DNA of 64,000 nucleotides from an uncultured Armatimonadetes bacterium (lineage in GTDB: Bacteria; Armatimonadota; Fimbriimonadia; Fimbriimonadales; Fimbriimonadaceae), in NCBI GenBank assembly GCA_903904815.1, contig CAIVDU010000031.1, forward strand, positions 132,266 to 196,265. Direction: 5' to 3'. The position numbers and the translations under genes were made by a program. The notes under the pieces are model-generated. The model was not told the origin of the DNA. It saw only the letters and a list, made by a program, of their open reading frames with translations, and did no database searches. Position 1 is the stretch's first letter; every line of letters begins with the position of its first letter. Of this stretch, positions 35,766 through 45,115 are shown in pieces.

Positions 35766-37078
35766 GCGATGGAATACCGCTCGTCGCTGAAGAGCGCGTC
35801 TCGGTAGATTTCGCTGCCACAGAAAGTCAACATGACTTTGCCTTTAAGCGTCATGCCATGAACTGGCGTGTTCTTGCTCTTGCTGAAAGTCTTGTGCTTG
35901 TCGAAGACCCACTCAAGATTCGGATCGATGACCGCGACCTGGGCGACCGGGGTGTCTCCCGGACGCAGGGTTCCCGCATCGAGACGTAGAACCTCTGCCG
36001 GCTTCGTGCTCAGCTTGCGAATTGTCTCAAGTGGTGAAAGAATTCCCTTGTGAGTCAGGTTCGTGAGGGTCAGGGCTACGGCTGACTCGAGCTGAGCCGT
36101 ACCAAAGGGGGCTTCTTCAAACGGAACGTCCACTTCGTGAGAAGCGTGTGGCGAGTGGTCGCTCGCAATGCAGTCGATCGTGCCGTCGTTCAGCGCCTGT
36201 ACGATCAGATCGATGTCGACCTGCGTCCGCAGGGGTGGGAGGATCTTGAATCGAGTATCGAACTCGCCGACATTCTCGTCGGTAAAGCTGAAGTGAAGCG
36301 GGCATATCTCGCAAGTCACCGGAGCGCCTAAGAATTTGGCCTGACGGATCATTTCGACCGCGCCCCACGTGCTGACGCGCATGATGTGCAGTTGGCAGCC
36401 AGTGTGGAGAGCCAAGATGCAGTTGCGCATCACGGCGATCTCTTCCGCGGATCGGGGGATGCCCTTAAGACCGAGCATGGCGCTCATGGCGCCTTCGTTC
36501 ATGCTCCCGCCTTCGGTCAAGCTGGTGTCCTCACAGTGAGCCATGATCGGAAGGTCGAGCTGGACACAGAACTCCATGGCCTGGGTCATCACCATGGCGT
36601 TCTGGATCGGGAACTCTTCATCGCTCGCGGCGACGATTCCTGCCTTCTTGAGGGCGGCCAAATCGGAAAGCTCATGCCCCTTCATTCCCTTCGTCAGCGC
36701 GCCAACGGGAGCCACGAACACGCCGCCCGCCTCGGGGGAAGCGGCTCGGTCGAGAATGAAGTCGACCAGCGCGGGGTTATCGAGAGGGGGCCGAGTGTTC
36801 GGCATGCAACAGATCGTCGTGTATCCACCTGCAGCCGCAGCCTGGGTACCGGAAACGATCGTCTCCTTGTGCTCAGAACCCGGCTCCCGAAGGTGAACGT
36901 GCATGTCCACGAGCCCCGGGGTGATCCACAAACCGGTGCAGTCGTACGTCTCGTCCGCATCTGGTTCGCCGATATCCCCGTAGTCGACGATCTGATCGTC
37001 TTCCATCAGCAGTGACCCGATGATGTCCAAGTCCTGTGAGGGATCGAGAATCCGGCCGTTTTTGAGGAGTGTTCGCAT
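35762..37078 (-). CDS. pyrC: Dihydroorotase (class I)
   Basis: PGLVDMHVHLREPG, CMPNT and SDHSPH are metal-ligand motifs of the amidohydrolase superfamily. The 438-aa product is encoded immediately downstream of pyrB. Confidence 0.9.
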   Translation of the reverse strand: MRTLLKNGRILDPSQDLDIIGSLLMEDDQIVDYGDIGEPDADETYDCTGLWITPGLVDMHVHLREPGSEHKETIVSGTQAAAAGGYTTICCMPNTRPPLDNPALVDFILDRAASPEAGGVFVAPVGALTKGMKGHELSDLAALKKAGIVAASDEEFPIQNAMVMTQAMEFCVQLDLPIMAHCEDTSLTEGGSMNEGAMSAMLGLKGIPRSAEEIAVMRNCILALHTGCQLHIMRVSTWGAVEMIRQAKFLGAPVTCEICPLHFSFTDENVGEFDTRFKILPPLRTQVDIDLIVQALNDGTIDCIASDHSPHASHEVDVPFEEAPFGTAQLESAVALTLTNLTHKGILSPLETIRKLSTKPAEVLRLDAGTLRPGDTPVAQVAVIDPNLEWVFDKHKTFSKSKNTPVHGMTLKGKVMLTFCGSEIYRDALFSDERYSIA

Positions 37079-37099
37079 TGTAAAAGGTTTGGTTGGAGG

Positions 37100-38044
37100 T
37101 CAGGCTTTCTTGGAAAGGGGCTTGGCTTTCGCGGTTGCGTCTTCACCAAAGGTCCAGGCAAAGGCGGCCATTCGAACGAAGATTCCGTTCTCAATCTGGG
37201 AGGTGATCGCGGATCGCTCACCATCGGCGGCGACGTCGTCCACCTCGACTCCTCGATTGAGCGGTCCGGGGTGCATCACGAGAACGCTGGGAGAGGCGAA
37301 TCGCATCGTTTCACGGTTCACCTGGTACATGGCCGCATATTCCCCGATCGAAGAAAGAAGGCCTTCCGCCATTCTCTCCTTCTGGAGTCGGAGGGTGATG
37401 ATGACGTCGGCGCCTTCGATGCCGGTCGCCAAGTCGTAAAACACTTTCCCGGGGAGCATCATCGCGTGAGGCGGAATCAGGGTTCGTGGTCCGACGAATC
37501 GGACTTCCGCACCCAGCTTGCTAAGTAGCCACGCATTGGACCTGGCCACCCGGGAATGCTCAACGTCTCCGACGATCGCGACTCGAAGGCCTTCAATGGA
37601 TCCTTTGCGTTCCAGAATCGTCAGCGCGTCACCAAGGGCCTGAGTCGGGTGCTCATGCTGTCCGTCTCCAGCATTGACAACCGGACCACCAAAGTGGCGG
37701 GCGGCTAATGAGGGCGCTCCAGAGAGTCGGTGACGAATGACCAGCGCGTTCAGCCGCTCGTATCGAAGGGTCAGGATCGTGTCCTTAAGAGTCTCGCCTT
37801 TGGACATCGACGAAGAGCCGGCCGTGAAATTAGCTGTTTTCAGTCCGAGGTAGTGGGCGGCCTGTTCAAAGCTCACTCGCGTTCGCGTGGAGTTTTCGAA
37901 GAACAGCATCCCAACGACCTTCTTGGAGAGAACGGGGAGCGGCCGATCCTCAAGAACCCGTAGCTTAAAGTCGGCCGAAAGCGCAATCAGGTCTTCGATG
38001 TCGTCTCGCTCGAGGTGCCGAATCCCAATAAGGTTTCTTTCCAT
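37100..38044 (-). CDS. pyrB: Aspartate carbamoyltransferase catalytic subunit
   Basis: FFENSTRTRVSFE, HEHPTQALGD and VMHPGPLNRGVE support the call. Confidence 0.95.
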   Translation of the reverse strand: MERNLIGIRHLERDDIEDLIALSADFKLRVLEDRPLPVLSKKVVGMLFFENSTRTRVSFEQAAHYLGLKTANFTAGSSSMSKGETLKDTILTLRYERLNALVIRHRLSGAPSLAARHFGGPVVNAGDGQHEHPTQALGDALTILERKGSIEGLRVAIVGDVEHSRVARSNAWLLSKLGAEVRFVGPRTLIPPHAMMLPGKVFYDLATGIEGADVIITLRLQKERMAEGLLSSIGEYAAMYQVNRETMRFASPSVLVMHPGPLNRGVEVDDVAADGERSAITSQIENGIFVRMAAFAWTFGEDATAKAKPLSKKA

Positions 38045-38631
38045 CAGGCTGCACTCCCTGCGTTCGTCGCTTTTTCTAACACTACTGCATCCTCTCCGTC
38101 GTACTCGTTGACTTTGACCACGATGTGGTCACCTTTCTCAGTCTGCAGCTTTTTGCCACAGTAATCCGGTTCGATTGGCAATTCTCGGTGGCCACGATCG
38201 ATCAGGACCGCAAGTCTTACCGCCTTAGGTCGACCAAAGCTCATCAGTGCGTCAAGCGCGGCCCGGGTGGTCCTTCCCGTGTAAACGACTTCGTCTACAA
38301 GAATGACCGTCTTATTCGCCACGCTGAACGGAATCTCCGTTCCGTCTTCCGACTTCCCACTCGACGGCTTATCGTCGCGGAACGACCGAATATCGATTTT
38401 GCCGCACGGAACCGTGGTTCCCTCGATCTGAGTCATGAGAAACGCCAGTCGCTTGGCGATCGGCCAGCCACGACGAAGTACACCGACGACCACAAGATCC
38501 TCAGCCCCTTGGTTTGCCTCTAGGATTTCATGCGCCATTCTGCCGAGCGTTCGGCGCATATCTCCCGCATCTAGTAGCACTGACCCCATTTGCCTCTCGA
38601 TTATGCCCGACGCGTGAACCAAGGCACTCAT
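38044..38631 (-). CDS. pyrR: Bifunctional pyrimidine operon regulator / uracil phosphoribosyltransferase PyrR
   Basis: The PRPP-binding motif VILVDEVVYTGRTTRAAL is present, together with LVVVGVLRRGWPIAKRLA and AVLIDRGHRELPI. The stop overlaps the pyrB start. Confidence 0.9.
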   Translation of the reverse strand: MSALVHASGIIERQMGSVLLDAGDMRRTLGRMAHEILEANQGAEDLVVVGVLRRGWPIAKRLAFLMTQIEGTTVPCGKIDIRSFRDDKPSSGKSEDGTEIPFSVANKTVILVDEVVYTGRTTRAALDALMSFGRPKAVRLAVLIDRGHRELPIEPDYCGKKLQTEKGDHIVVKVNEYDGEDAVVLEKATNAGSAA

Positions 38632-38712
38632 CTAAAGGACTCAAACCGATCCGCTATTTAACTCCTGTAGGTTTCAGGTGCGATCTGCCGATCATTTTTA
38701 CCGGGTGTAAGC

Positions 38713-38724
38713 CCTGTGCACAGG
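38713..38724. promoter_or_regulatory. Perfect 12-bp palindrome in the pyrR / exeA-like divergent region
   Basis: cctgtgcacagg is its own reverse complement. It overlaps the AGGAG at 38722-38726, which precedes the ATG at 38733. Confidence 0.2.
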
Positions 38725-38732
38725 AGTATCGG

Positions 38733-39572
38733 ATGTACGAAGCCTATTGGGGCCTCAATGAACCACCATTTAGTTTGACGCCCGATCCGCGTTACCTCTA
38801 TTTGAGCAGACAGCACCAGGAAGCGCTGTCCATGCTCCAGTATGCGATCGAGCGCAACAAGGGCGTCGCCGTCCTTTCCGGGGAAATCGGACTTGGCAAG
38901 ACAACCGTCTGCCGGAGGTTCTTAGAGACCTTGGACCCGGTCTTCAACCGCATCGTCCATATTGTCGATCCGAATCTCACACCGGTGCAAATACTGCGCG
39001 AGATCCTCGATCAGGTGGGTGAAACCACCGATTCGAGCGACCGACAACAGCTTTCTTCTCAGCTGCACCGAGTCGCGAAGGAATACTACACGCGTGGTTC
39101 CAGGATTGTCGTTTTAGTGGATGAGGCCCACCTCATTCGATCAGAACAGACATTCGAAGAACTGCGCCTCCTTCTAAACTGTCAGGTCAACGACGCATTT
39201 CCGATCTCCCTGATCCTAGTCGGTCAATCAGAACTTCGGGAAATCCTTGCAAAGGTCCCGGCGTTGGATCAACGAATTGCGATTCGTCAAGTTCTTAAGC
39301 CACTCGATGTCCGCGACGTCGAGGCGCTCCTTTCCCACCGACTTCGAACCGCCGGTTACATCGGCGAAGTGAGCCCTTTTAGTCCGGACGCGATCTACCT
39401 TATCCACCGGTACTCGGGAGGGATTCCTAGGCTTGCAACCCAACTTGCTGACTCCGTGCTCTTGGCCGCGTTCTGGGCAAAGCAGAAGGTAGCGGACTCA
39501 TTCCTGATGCATTCCGTGATTTGTGATCAATCGGGAGCAGGTGTGCTGCTCAAAGAGAAGATCGTGGCATGA
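38733..39572 (+). CDS. ExeA/MshM-like AAA ATPase (secretion/pilus assembly accessory)
   Basis: YWGLNEPPFSLTPDPRYLYLSRQHQEALSMLQYAI...GVAVLSGEIGLGKTT and VLVDEAHLI form the typical GspA/ExeA/MshM N-terminus with Walker A and B motifs. The start at 38733 has an AGGAG RBS. The ORF-track start at 38514 would overlap pyrR. Confidence 0.8.
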   Translation: MYEAYWGLNEPPFSLTPDPRYLYLSRQHQEALSMLQYAIERNKGVAVLSGEIGLGKTTVCRRFLETLDPVFNRIVHIVDPNLTPVQILREILDQVGETTDSSDRQQLSSQLHRVAKEYYTRGSRIVVLVDEAHLIRSEQTFEELRLLLNCQVNDAFPISLILVGQSELREILAKVPALDQRIAIRQVLKPLDVRDVEALLSHRLRTAGYIGEVSPFSPDAIYLIHRYSGGIPRLATQLADSVLLAAFWAKQKVADSFLMHSVICDQSGAGVLLKEKIVA

Positions 39573-40654
39573 AGCTATTTCCAAAGAAGAGTTACGTGGG
39601 AGTCGATCTTGGTTCGTTCCGAATAAAGGTCGTTCAAGTTGAAGCCGAAGCGGGCGGTGGCAGAGTCATTCGGGCCGCCGGCTGTCCTACGCCACCGAAT
39701 ACGATTCGAGATGGACTTGTTCTGGACGTTGCCGCAGTCGCATCGGCACTCAAAGATGTCCTCAAGGAAGGTCGAATCACCGCGACCAATGCGACAGTCG
39801 CCGCCGCCGGAGGCACCGTTTTTGTCCGTCCGGTTGCGTTTCCGAAGGTCCCCGAAGCGGCTATCCGAAAGTCGATTCGCCTTGAGGCTACGCGATACAT
39901 TCCAGGGACGGCGGTCGATAGCTATATCGAATGTGAAATTCTGGGCGACCTCGAAGACAACCGAATGAACGTGCTGATCGTTGCGGCCTCTAAGGAAGTC
40001 GTCGAAAGCCGCATGGCGGTATGTGAGGCGGCTGGCTTGACCGTGGAGGTCGTGGATCTCGAAGCCTTTGCGATGTATCGATCGCTGATCGAAGTCGACC
40101 CAACCGTATCCGTCCAGGAAGAGACGATCGCGTTGGTCGACATCGGAGCGAGCATGACCAGCGTCAGCGTGATCCACCAAGGCGTTTTCGTGGTGAACCG
40201 GACCGTTCCCCACGGTGGACGACTACTGACCGACGCATTGAAGGCGTATTTCAAGCTTGAGGACGCGGACGCGGAGGCGGGCAAGTCCCAACTTGATGCC
40301 CGAGACCTCCTCAGCGACCATGTCGTCAAGGAGAATCCTCCTTTGCGCGTGGTGCAGCCTCACTTAGACGATCTTGTGCGCGAAGTTCGAAGGTCGCTCA
40401 ACTACTTTCAATCTCAGCAACTTGAGGGGACGCCTGGCGCGCGGAAGGTCAATCGAATCGTCCTTGCCGGGGGTGGGGCCAAGTTGTTGGGATTGGCCGA
40501 GTACATGGAGAAGAAACTGGGACTCCCCATCGCCTGTGCGGGCATCTACGCCGCCAAACAGTTTTCAGCATTGGGTGAGACTGCCGATTCGGGCTTAGAC
40601 ATGGCGGTAGCCGCCGGACTCGCCATTCACGGGTCTATCCGGAGGGCTGCCTAA
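39569..40654 (+). CDS. pilM: Type IV pilus assembly protein PilM (actin-like ATPase fold)
   Basis: VGVDLGSFRIKVVQV, VDIGASMTSVSV and IVLAGGGAKLLGLAEYM support the call. The start overlaps the upstream gene's stop (ATGA). Confidence 0.9.
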   Translation: MKLFPKKSYVGVDLGSFRIKVVQVEAEAGGGRVIRAAGCPTPPNTIRDGLVLDVAAVASALKDVLKEGRITATNATVAAAGGTVFVRPVAFPKVPEAAIRKSIRLEATRYIPGTAVDSYIECEILGDLEDNRMNVLIVAASKEVVESRMAVCEAAGLTVEVVDLEAFAMYRSLIEVDPTVSVQEETIALVDIGASMTSVSVIHQGVFVVNRTVPHGGRLLTDALKAYFKLEDADAEAGKSQLDARDLLSDHVVKENPPLRVVQPHLDDLVREVRRSLNYFQSQQLEGTPGARKVNRIVLAGGGAKLLGLAEYMEKKLGLPIACAGIYAAKQFSALGETADSGLDMAVAAGLAIHGSIRRAA

Positions 40655-40657
40655 ACC

Positions 40658-41251
40658 ATGCCTCTTATCAACCTTGTTCACGACCGTCAGGTCGCTATCC
40701 GAAAGAATGAACAGAAGGCACGGGGCTTGTTCTTTGCTTCGGTCGGCATTCTGGTTGTCTCGGTAATGGTGTTCGGCTCGCTCTCGCTTCAGGCCGACTC
40801 TTTTGGACGCGACCAGGCTCAACTGAGTCTCCGTCTGAGCAAATTGAAGCCTCTGGTGGCCGAAACGGAGTCGAACGAAAAGGAGACGGCAAACCTCCTC
40901 CCTCGCGTTGACACGCTCGAAAACGCCCAGAAGACTTCAGATCGATGGGCGCACATCCTCACCCATCTCACCAAGAACATGCCGGACGGGCTTTGGCTTA
41001 CTGCCGTTCGGGGGAGCTCGGACGATGCCAAGAAACCGATTGGACTTACCTTAGCTGGCAAGGGGGCCGATCAAAAGACGATCGCCGATCTCATTCTTCG
41101 AACGGAATCGTTACCGGATCTTCAGAACGTGAACCTCAAGTATTCGGAGCTCCGGCAGGACGCCGAGGCCAATTCGATCGAATTCGAAGTCGTAGCCGAC
41201 ATCACGGGAACCGAACCACCGGTCGTCAAACCGGTCGGGAGTGGAACATGA
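40658..41251 (+). CDS. pilN: Type IV pilus assembly protein PilN
   Basis: The product starts MPLINLV, followed by a basic stretch, a single TM segment, a coiled coil and an alpha/beta domain. It lies between pilM and pilO. Confidence 0.8.
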   Translation: MPLINLVHDRQVAIRKNEQKARGLFFASVGILVVSVMVFGSLSLQADSFGRDQAQLSLRLSKLKPLVAETESNEKETANLLPRVDTLENAQKTSDRWAHILTHLTKNMPDGLWLTAVRGSSDDAKKPIGLTLAGKGADQKTIADLILRTESLPDLQNVNLKYSELRQDAEANSIEFEVVADITGTEPPVVKPVGSGT

Positions 41252-41874
41252 AGCGAGCGCCTAATTCGACCATCTTCGCGATCATGATCGCTTGTTCCCT
41301 CGTTTTTGGGATCGGGATCAACATTCTTGCTTATAGCAAGGATTCTACGAACCGAGCCTCGTTGGCCGCCGTACAGGCGGAGGTCGACGCGGTATCCAAG
41401 GTGCCTGCACGACTTCAGGACTCACAGCAAAAGCTTCGCGACGCTAAGGCGGCGCTGAAGCACCTGGAACAGGGAGTCGCGGCGTCTACGTACGTTCCAA
41501 CCCTCATGCGTCAGCTGGAGGATCTCGGCAACTCGTGCGGAGTCGAGGTCACGGCCGTGCGACCGGTACCAGTCGTTCCATCTGCGCCAACCGCGAAGGA
41601 TAAGCCGGAGGCGCCAAAGCCCTACGATACGCTTGATATCGAAGTGCGCGGACTCGGTCGCTACGCGGATGCACTTCGATTTGTGAATTCGCTGGACACA
41701 TTTCCCAAGGTGGTTGAGGCTCGGACGGTTTCACTGGAGCCGGCTCCACATGCGGTCGACAAGGCCCAGGCGGGAAGCCCACGACTATCGATGTCGATCC
41801 TGATGAGAGCCTATCTTTTCAAGGGTGACAATCGCACGGCGATGGCAGACCACAAGGTGAAAAATGCAGGATGA
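41248..41874 (+). CDS. pilO: Type IV pilus assembly protein PilO-like
   Basis: The ATG at 41248 overlaps the pilN stop (ATGA). The product has a TM segment (IFAIMIACSLVFGIGINILAY), a coiled coil and a ferredoxin-like C-terminal domain. The ORF-track 5' extension from 40945 is rejected. Confidence 0.7.
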   Translation: MKRAPNSTIFAIMIACSLVFGIGINILAYSKDSTNRASLAAVQAEVDAVSKVPARLQDSQQKLRDAKAALKHLEQGVAASTYVPTLMRQLEDLGNSCGVEVTAVRPVPVVPSAPTAKDKPEAPKPYDTLDIEVRGLGRYADALRFVNSLDTFPKVVEARTVSLEPAPHAVDKAQAGSPRLSMSILMRAYLFKGDNRTAMADHKVKNAG

Positions 41875-42487
41875 ACGTAAAAAGCTCATGATTCTGGGCG
41901 TTCTGTTTGGCCTGATGCTCGCTGTCGGAGCCTTCCAGTTACGGCCAGTAGCCGCACCGGAACCCACGACACACTCGACGACTGCGGCAAAACTGTTGGC
42001 GAGCCAGGAAAAAGATGCTCCCGCAGTTGACGTGGCTGCGCTCGCCAAACTTCCAGTGCGCGATCCGTTCGAGATTCCCTCGCATGCAAGTCCGGCTCCT
42101 GAACGCATGGACAAGGTGGGGCCACTCCCAAGCACGTCCTCATTGCCCGATTCCAGGAGTCCGTCGGGGCCTTTCCAGCCCATGCCGGTATCCGGAACTC
42201 AACTGGTGAAAGATAGTCCACCAGCCGCCACCGTGGCTCCTGCCACTACCGCCGTGTCTCCGCCAGCGTCCGAACCGACGTTCGATTGGCGACTGACGGG
42301 CGTGATGATCGGAGCCCGCCCTGTAGCCATATTCACGGATCTCGCGGGCAACCAGAGACTCATTCAAGTCGGTTCGCTGATCGATCCTCGATCGCAGCTT
42401 GTCTCAGTGGACAAGCGTTCCGCGACCGTCGTTTTTCGGGGCAGGATGCTCCAACTTTCCGTGGGAGGAGACCCAAATGCAAAATAG
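41864..42487 (+). CDS. PilP/GspC-like pilus assembly protein (bitopic, Pro-rich linker)
   Basis: The N-terminal TM segment is LMILGVLFGLMLAVGAF. A Pro/Ser-rich linker follows, then a C-terminal beta domain (WRLTGVMIGARPVAIFTDLAGNQRLIQVGSLIDPRSQLVSVDKRSATVVFRG) like the PilP/GspC HR domain. Confidence 0.6.
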   Translation: MQDERKKLMILGVLFGLMLAVGAFQLRPVAAPEPTTHSTTAAKLLASQEKDAPAVDVAALAKLPVRDPFEIPSHASPAPERMDKVGPLPSTSSLPDSRSPSGPFQPMPVSGTQLVKDSPPAATVAPATTAVSPPASEPTFDWRLTGVMIGARPVAIFTDLAGNQRLIQVGSLIDPRSQLVSVDKRSATVVFRGRMLQLSVGGDPNAK

Positions 42488-44516
42488 ACTCACCATAGCT
42501 TCTCTTGGAGCTGCCCTCTGCCTCTTGACCTACGCCTCGGGAACTTATGGATCGGCCCGCGCTTCTTCGGCTAAGAAGGCCGGTGCTAAAGCGGCGAGTG
42601 TCTCTCCCACCAGAAAGTCGGCGATAGTCAGTTCCAAATCGGTTTCGAAGCACTTGCTCCCAAGTCTTCCGGCCGCCCATCGTTTCTCATCCACGAGCAC
42701 GTCCACAACCCCAAAGACTTTAACTCCTCCCGCTCGTGCCGTGGTCATCACGTCGCCTGGCGCCCCCGTGTTGGCGGTTTCGTCGGCGACTTCAGCCCAG
42801 CCCGAAAAGGTCAACCACGTTTCGTTGGAGTTTGTGAACACAGATATCGTTCAGATTCTCCGGGCGCTTGCGCTTCAGAGCAGTGTAAATATTGTTGCGG
42901 CCCCGGAAGTTAAAGGCAACCTTACCGTGTCCCTGAACGATGTGGACGTGGAAGAAGCGCTCAAGATGATCACGGGCATGACCGGGCTGGCCTACACCCG
43001 TGTTGGAGCGACTGTTTTGGTAGCTCCGAGAGACCGAATGGATGCGATCCGACGCGAAGTGACGGGTGAAGCGCCCGCGGCCGCTGCCGTTGCCGTATCC
43101 GAAGCTTACGTGGTCCGCGGAGGCAAGGCGGAAGATCTCGTTTCCGCGATCGCCGGCAAGGGCCAGAATTCGGTGGGTCAGGTTCTTCTCTTGGCGACCC
43201 CTGCCGATAGCACTAGTCGCCAAACGATCGTCATGCGTGGGCCAGAAGCTCAGCTTACGGTCGTTCGCAAGACTCTGGAGCAGCTTGACAATGCGGAGGA
43301 CACCTTCGCGGGATACGAGATTTACGAGGTGAAGCACCTCGATCCGAGAGCTCTTCGAGAGGAGTTGATCGCCTCGATTCCCGGCCTCAGAGCGAGCGTG
43401 CTTCCTGGACAGGTCAGCAGCCCGGGCGTCTACAAGGCCTCCCAAATCACCAAGGACTCGATGGCTCGAGTCAGTGAGAACCTTGGTCAGCCGCTAGGCG
43501 GCGACAGTTCGAAAGGCGACGCTTCGGGTGGGAGTTCGAGTTCAAGTTCTAGTTCGGGCGGCTCTTCTTCGTCGGCAAACGACGTCAAGTCGACCGACGA
43601 CAATCGGTCGGACCGACAAACCATGGGTCTGACCCAGCCATTCCAAGCCTTTGAGAAGGTCTCGGTGCCAATGAAATTGGTGCTTCGAGGAACAAGGGCT
43701 CAAATCAATTCGGCGTTGTCCTATCTATCGAAAATCGATGTTGCCCCCAAGCAGGTCGCCTTGGAACTTCGGGTCATGGAACTCACCAAGGATCAGGCAC
43801 TTCGGGTTGGCCTCGACTGGAGCGTGCTCAGTGGCGCGGGGACAGTAAAGTCGATTCGGGTCAACCAGGGATTGGGTGACACCGCCGATACCACGGGCGT
43901 CATTACCGGCGCTTTGAGTGGTCACACATCGGTCACTGCGACCCTAGACGCTCTCGCCACCGATACAAATCTCATCGCTCGGCCGAACTTGTTAGCCGTC
44001 GATGGAAGGTCTGCTGAACTGTTCGTTGGGGACGTGATTCGGTATATCGAGACGATCCAAACGAGCCAGAACGGAACCACAGTCCAGACCGGAGAGGAGC
44101 ATGTCGGCGTTCGACTGGCGGTTCTACCTAGAGTGGGAGCCGATGGCGCGATCGTCATGGAATTGCGTCCGATCGTGAGCTACTTGACGGGATTCACTGC
44201 CGTGCCCGGTGGAGGTCAGTTGCCTCAAACCAGTGAGCGTATCGAGCAGACGACCGCCATCATGCAGGACGGCGACACGATTGCCTTGGGCGGTTTGATC
44301 CAGACCCAAGACAGAAACAAAGTTGGCGGAATCCCCTTCTTGAAGGATCTACCCATCGTCGGCCAGCTCTTCCGAAGAACGGACAAGGATCGAAGCCGAA
44401 CGGAAATCGTGTTCTTCTTGACAGCAAAGGTGGTCGATTCCCACAATAGCCCCACTGCCGCCGATCCAAGAATTGAGAGAAGTGTTCCCGCCGCCCCTGC
44501 GCGACGAAAAGATTGA
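42477..44516 (+). CDS. pilQ: Type IV pilus secretin PilQ
   Basis: The signal peptide is MQNRLTIASLGAALCLLTYASG. Secretin N-domains are present (VSLEFVNTDIVQILRALA...), followed by a Ser-rich linker. The C-terminal secretin domain ends in GGIPFLKDLPIVGQLFR...TEIVFFLT. The RBS GGGAGGAG lies at 42463-42470. Confidence 0.9.
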   Translation: MQNRLTIASLGAALCLLTYASGTYGSARASSAKKAGAKAASVSPTRKSAIVSSKSVSKHLLPSLPAAHRFSSTSTSTTPKTLTPPARAVVITSPGAPVLAVSSATSAQPEKVNHVSLEFVNTDIVQILRALALQSSVNIVAAPEVKGNLTVSLNDVDVEEALKMITGMTGLAYTRVGATVLVAPRDRMDAIRREVTGEAPAAAAVAVSEAYVVRGGKAEDLVSAIAGKGQNSVGQVLLLATPADSTSRQTIVMRGPEAQLTVVRKTLEQLDNAEDTFAGYEIYEVKHLDPRALREELIASIPGLRASVLPGQVSSPGVYKASQITKDSMARVSENLGQPLGGDSSKGDASGGSSSSSSSSGGSSSSANDVKSTDDNRSDRQTMGLTQPFQAFEKVSVPMKLVLRGTRAQINSALSYLSKIDVAPKQVALELRVMELTKDQALRVGLDWSVLSGAGTVKSIRVNQGLGDTADTTGVITGALSGHTSVTATLDALATDTNLIARPNLLAVDGRSAELFVGDVIRYIETIQTSQNGTTVQTGEEHVGVRLAVLPRVGADGAIVMELRPIVSYLTGFTAVPGGGQLPQTSERIEQTTAIMQDGDTIALGGLIQTQDRNKVGGIPFLKDLPIVGQLFRRTDKDRSRTEIVFFLTAKVVDSHNSPTAADPRIERSVPAAPARRKD

Positions 44517-44558
44517 TGTTCGCAAGCTAGTGCAATAAGTTAGGTCTTTGGTTAGACG

Positions 44559-45104
44559 ATGATAAGTAGCCCCCCCACCCCGCGGTTAGCCACAATCGAC
44601 GACATCGGCAGGATGCGCGATCTCATGAGGCGAGCCATTCTGCGCCTCAGCGAAGGCATTTACAACGAAGTACAGGCCAAGGCCGCTGCCGAGTATCTGT
44701 GTGTGCCCGACCCTGCACTGATTGAAGATGAGACGTCGTACGTGATCGAGTCAGATGGCCAACTTGTGGCAGTGGGGGCTTGGAGTACTCGCCAGAAGCT
44801 CTACTCGGGAAGCGAAGACCAAGAGTTCCTTACCGAGCGGGTCATTCCCGGACTGGACGCCGCTCGACTGCGGGCGTTCTTTGTTGAGCCAAGCCATTCG
44901 AATCAGGGATTGGGTCGACTACTCTACAAGACTTGCGAAGAGGCGGCGATCATGATGGGATTCACCGACCTTGAACTCGTGGCGACGCTTCCCGGAATAC
45001 CCTTTTACGAAAAACTTGGCTTTACCGGCATGGGCGTGGTGGACATTGAACTGCTCGATGGAACGATGCTTCCATGTCAGCCGATGCAAAAGTCCCTGTT
45101 CTAG
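44559..45104 (+). CDS. GNAT family N-acetyltransferase
   Basis: FFVEPSHSNQGLGRLLY is an acetyl-CoA binding motif (Q/R-x-x-G-x-G/A). The 181-aa length fits the family. Confidence 0.8.
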   Translation: MISSPPTPRLATIDDIGRMRDLMRRAILRLSEGIYNEVQAKAAAEYLCVPDPALIEDETSYVIESDGQLVAVGAWSTRQKLYSGSEDQEFLTERVIPGLDAARLRAFFVEPSHSNQGLGRLLYKTCEEAAIMMGFTDLELVATLPGIPFYEKLGFTGMGVVDIELLDGTMLPCQPMQKSLF

Positions 45105-45115
45105 GTCGCGGGAGA

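Noticed and set aside
38514-38732. The 5' extension of the exeA-like ORF given in the ORF track (start 38514), which would overlap pyrR on the opposite strand by more than 100 nt.
   Set aside because: The conserved ExeA/MshM N-terminus begins at the Met at 38733, which has an AGGAG RBS. The extension has no homology-like features. Similar 5' extensions were rejected for pilO (40945-41247), pilQ (42399-42476), the MalG-like permease (62377-62580) and both cytochrome genes.
38632-38732. A possible PyrR-binding attenuator loop in the leader upstream of pyrR.
   Set aside because: The minus-strand leader contains CCUACAGGAGUU. I could not match this convincingly to the ARUCCAGAGAGGYU-type PyrR binding loop. 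I also saw no terminator/antiterminator pair. A covariance-model scan would be needed.
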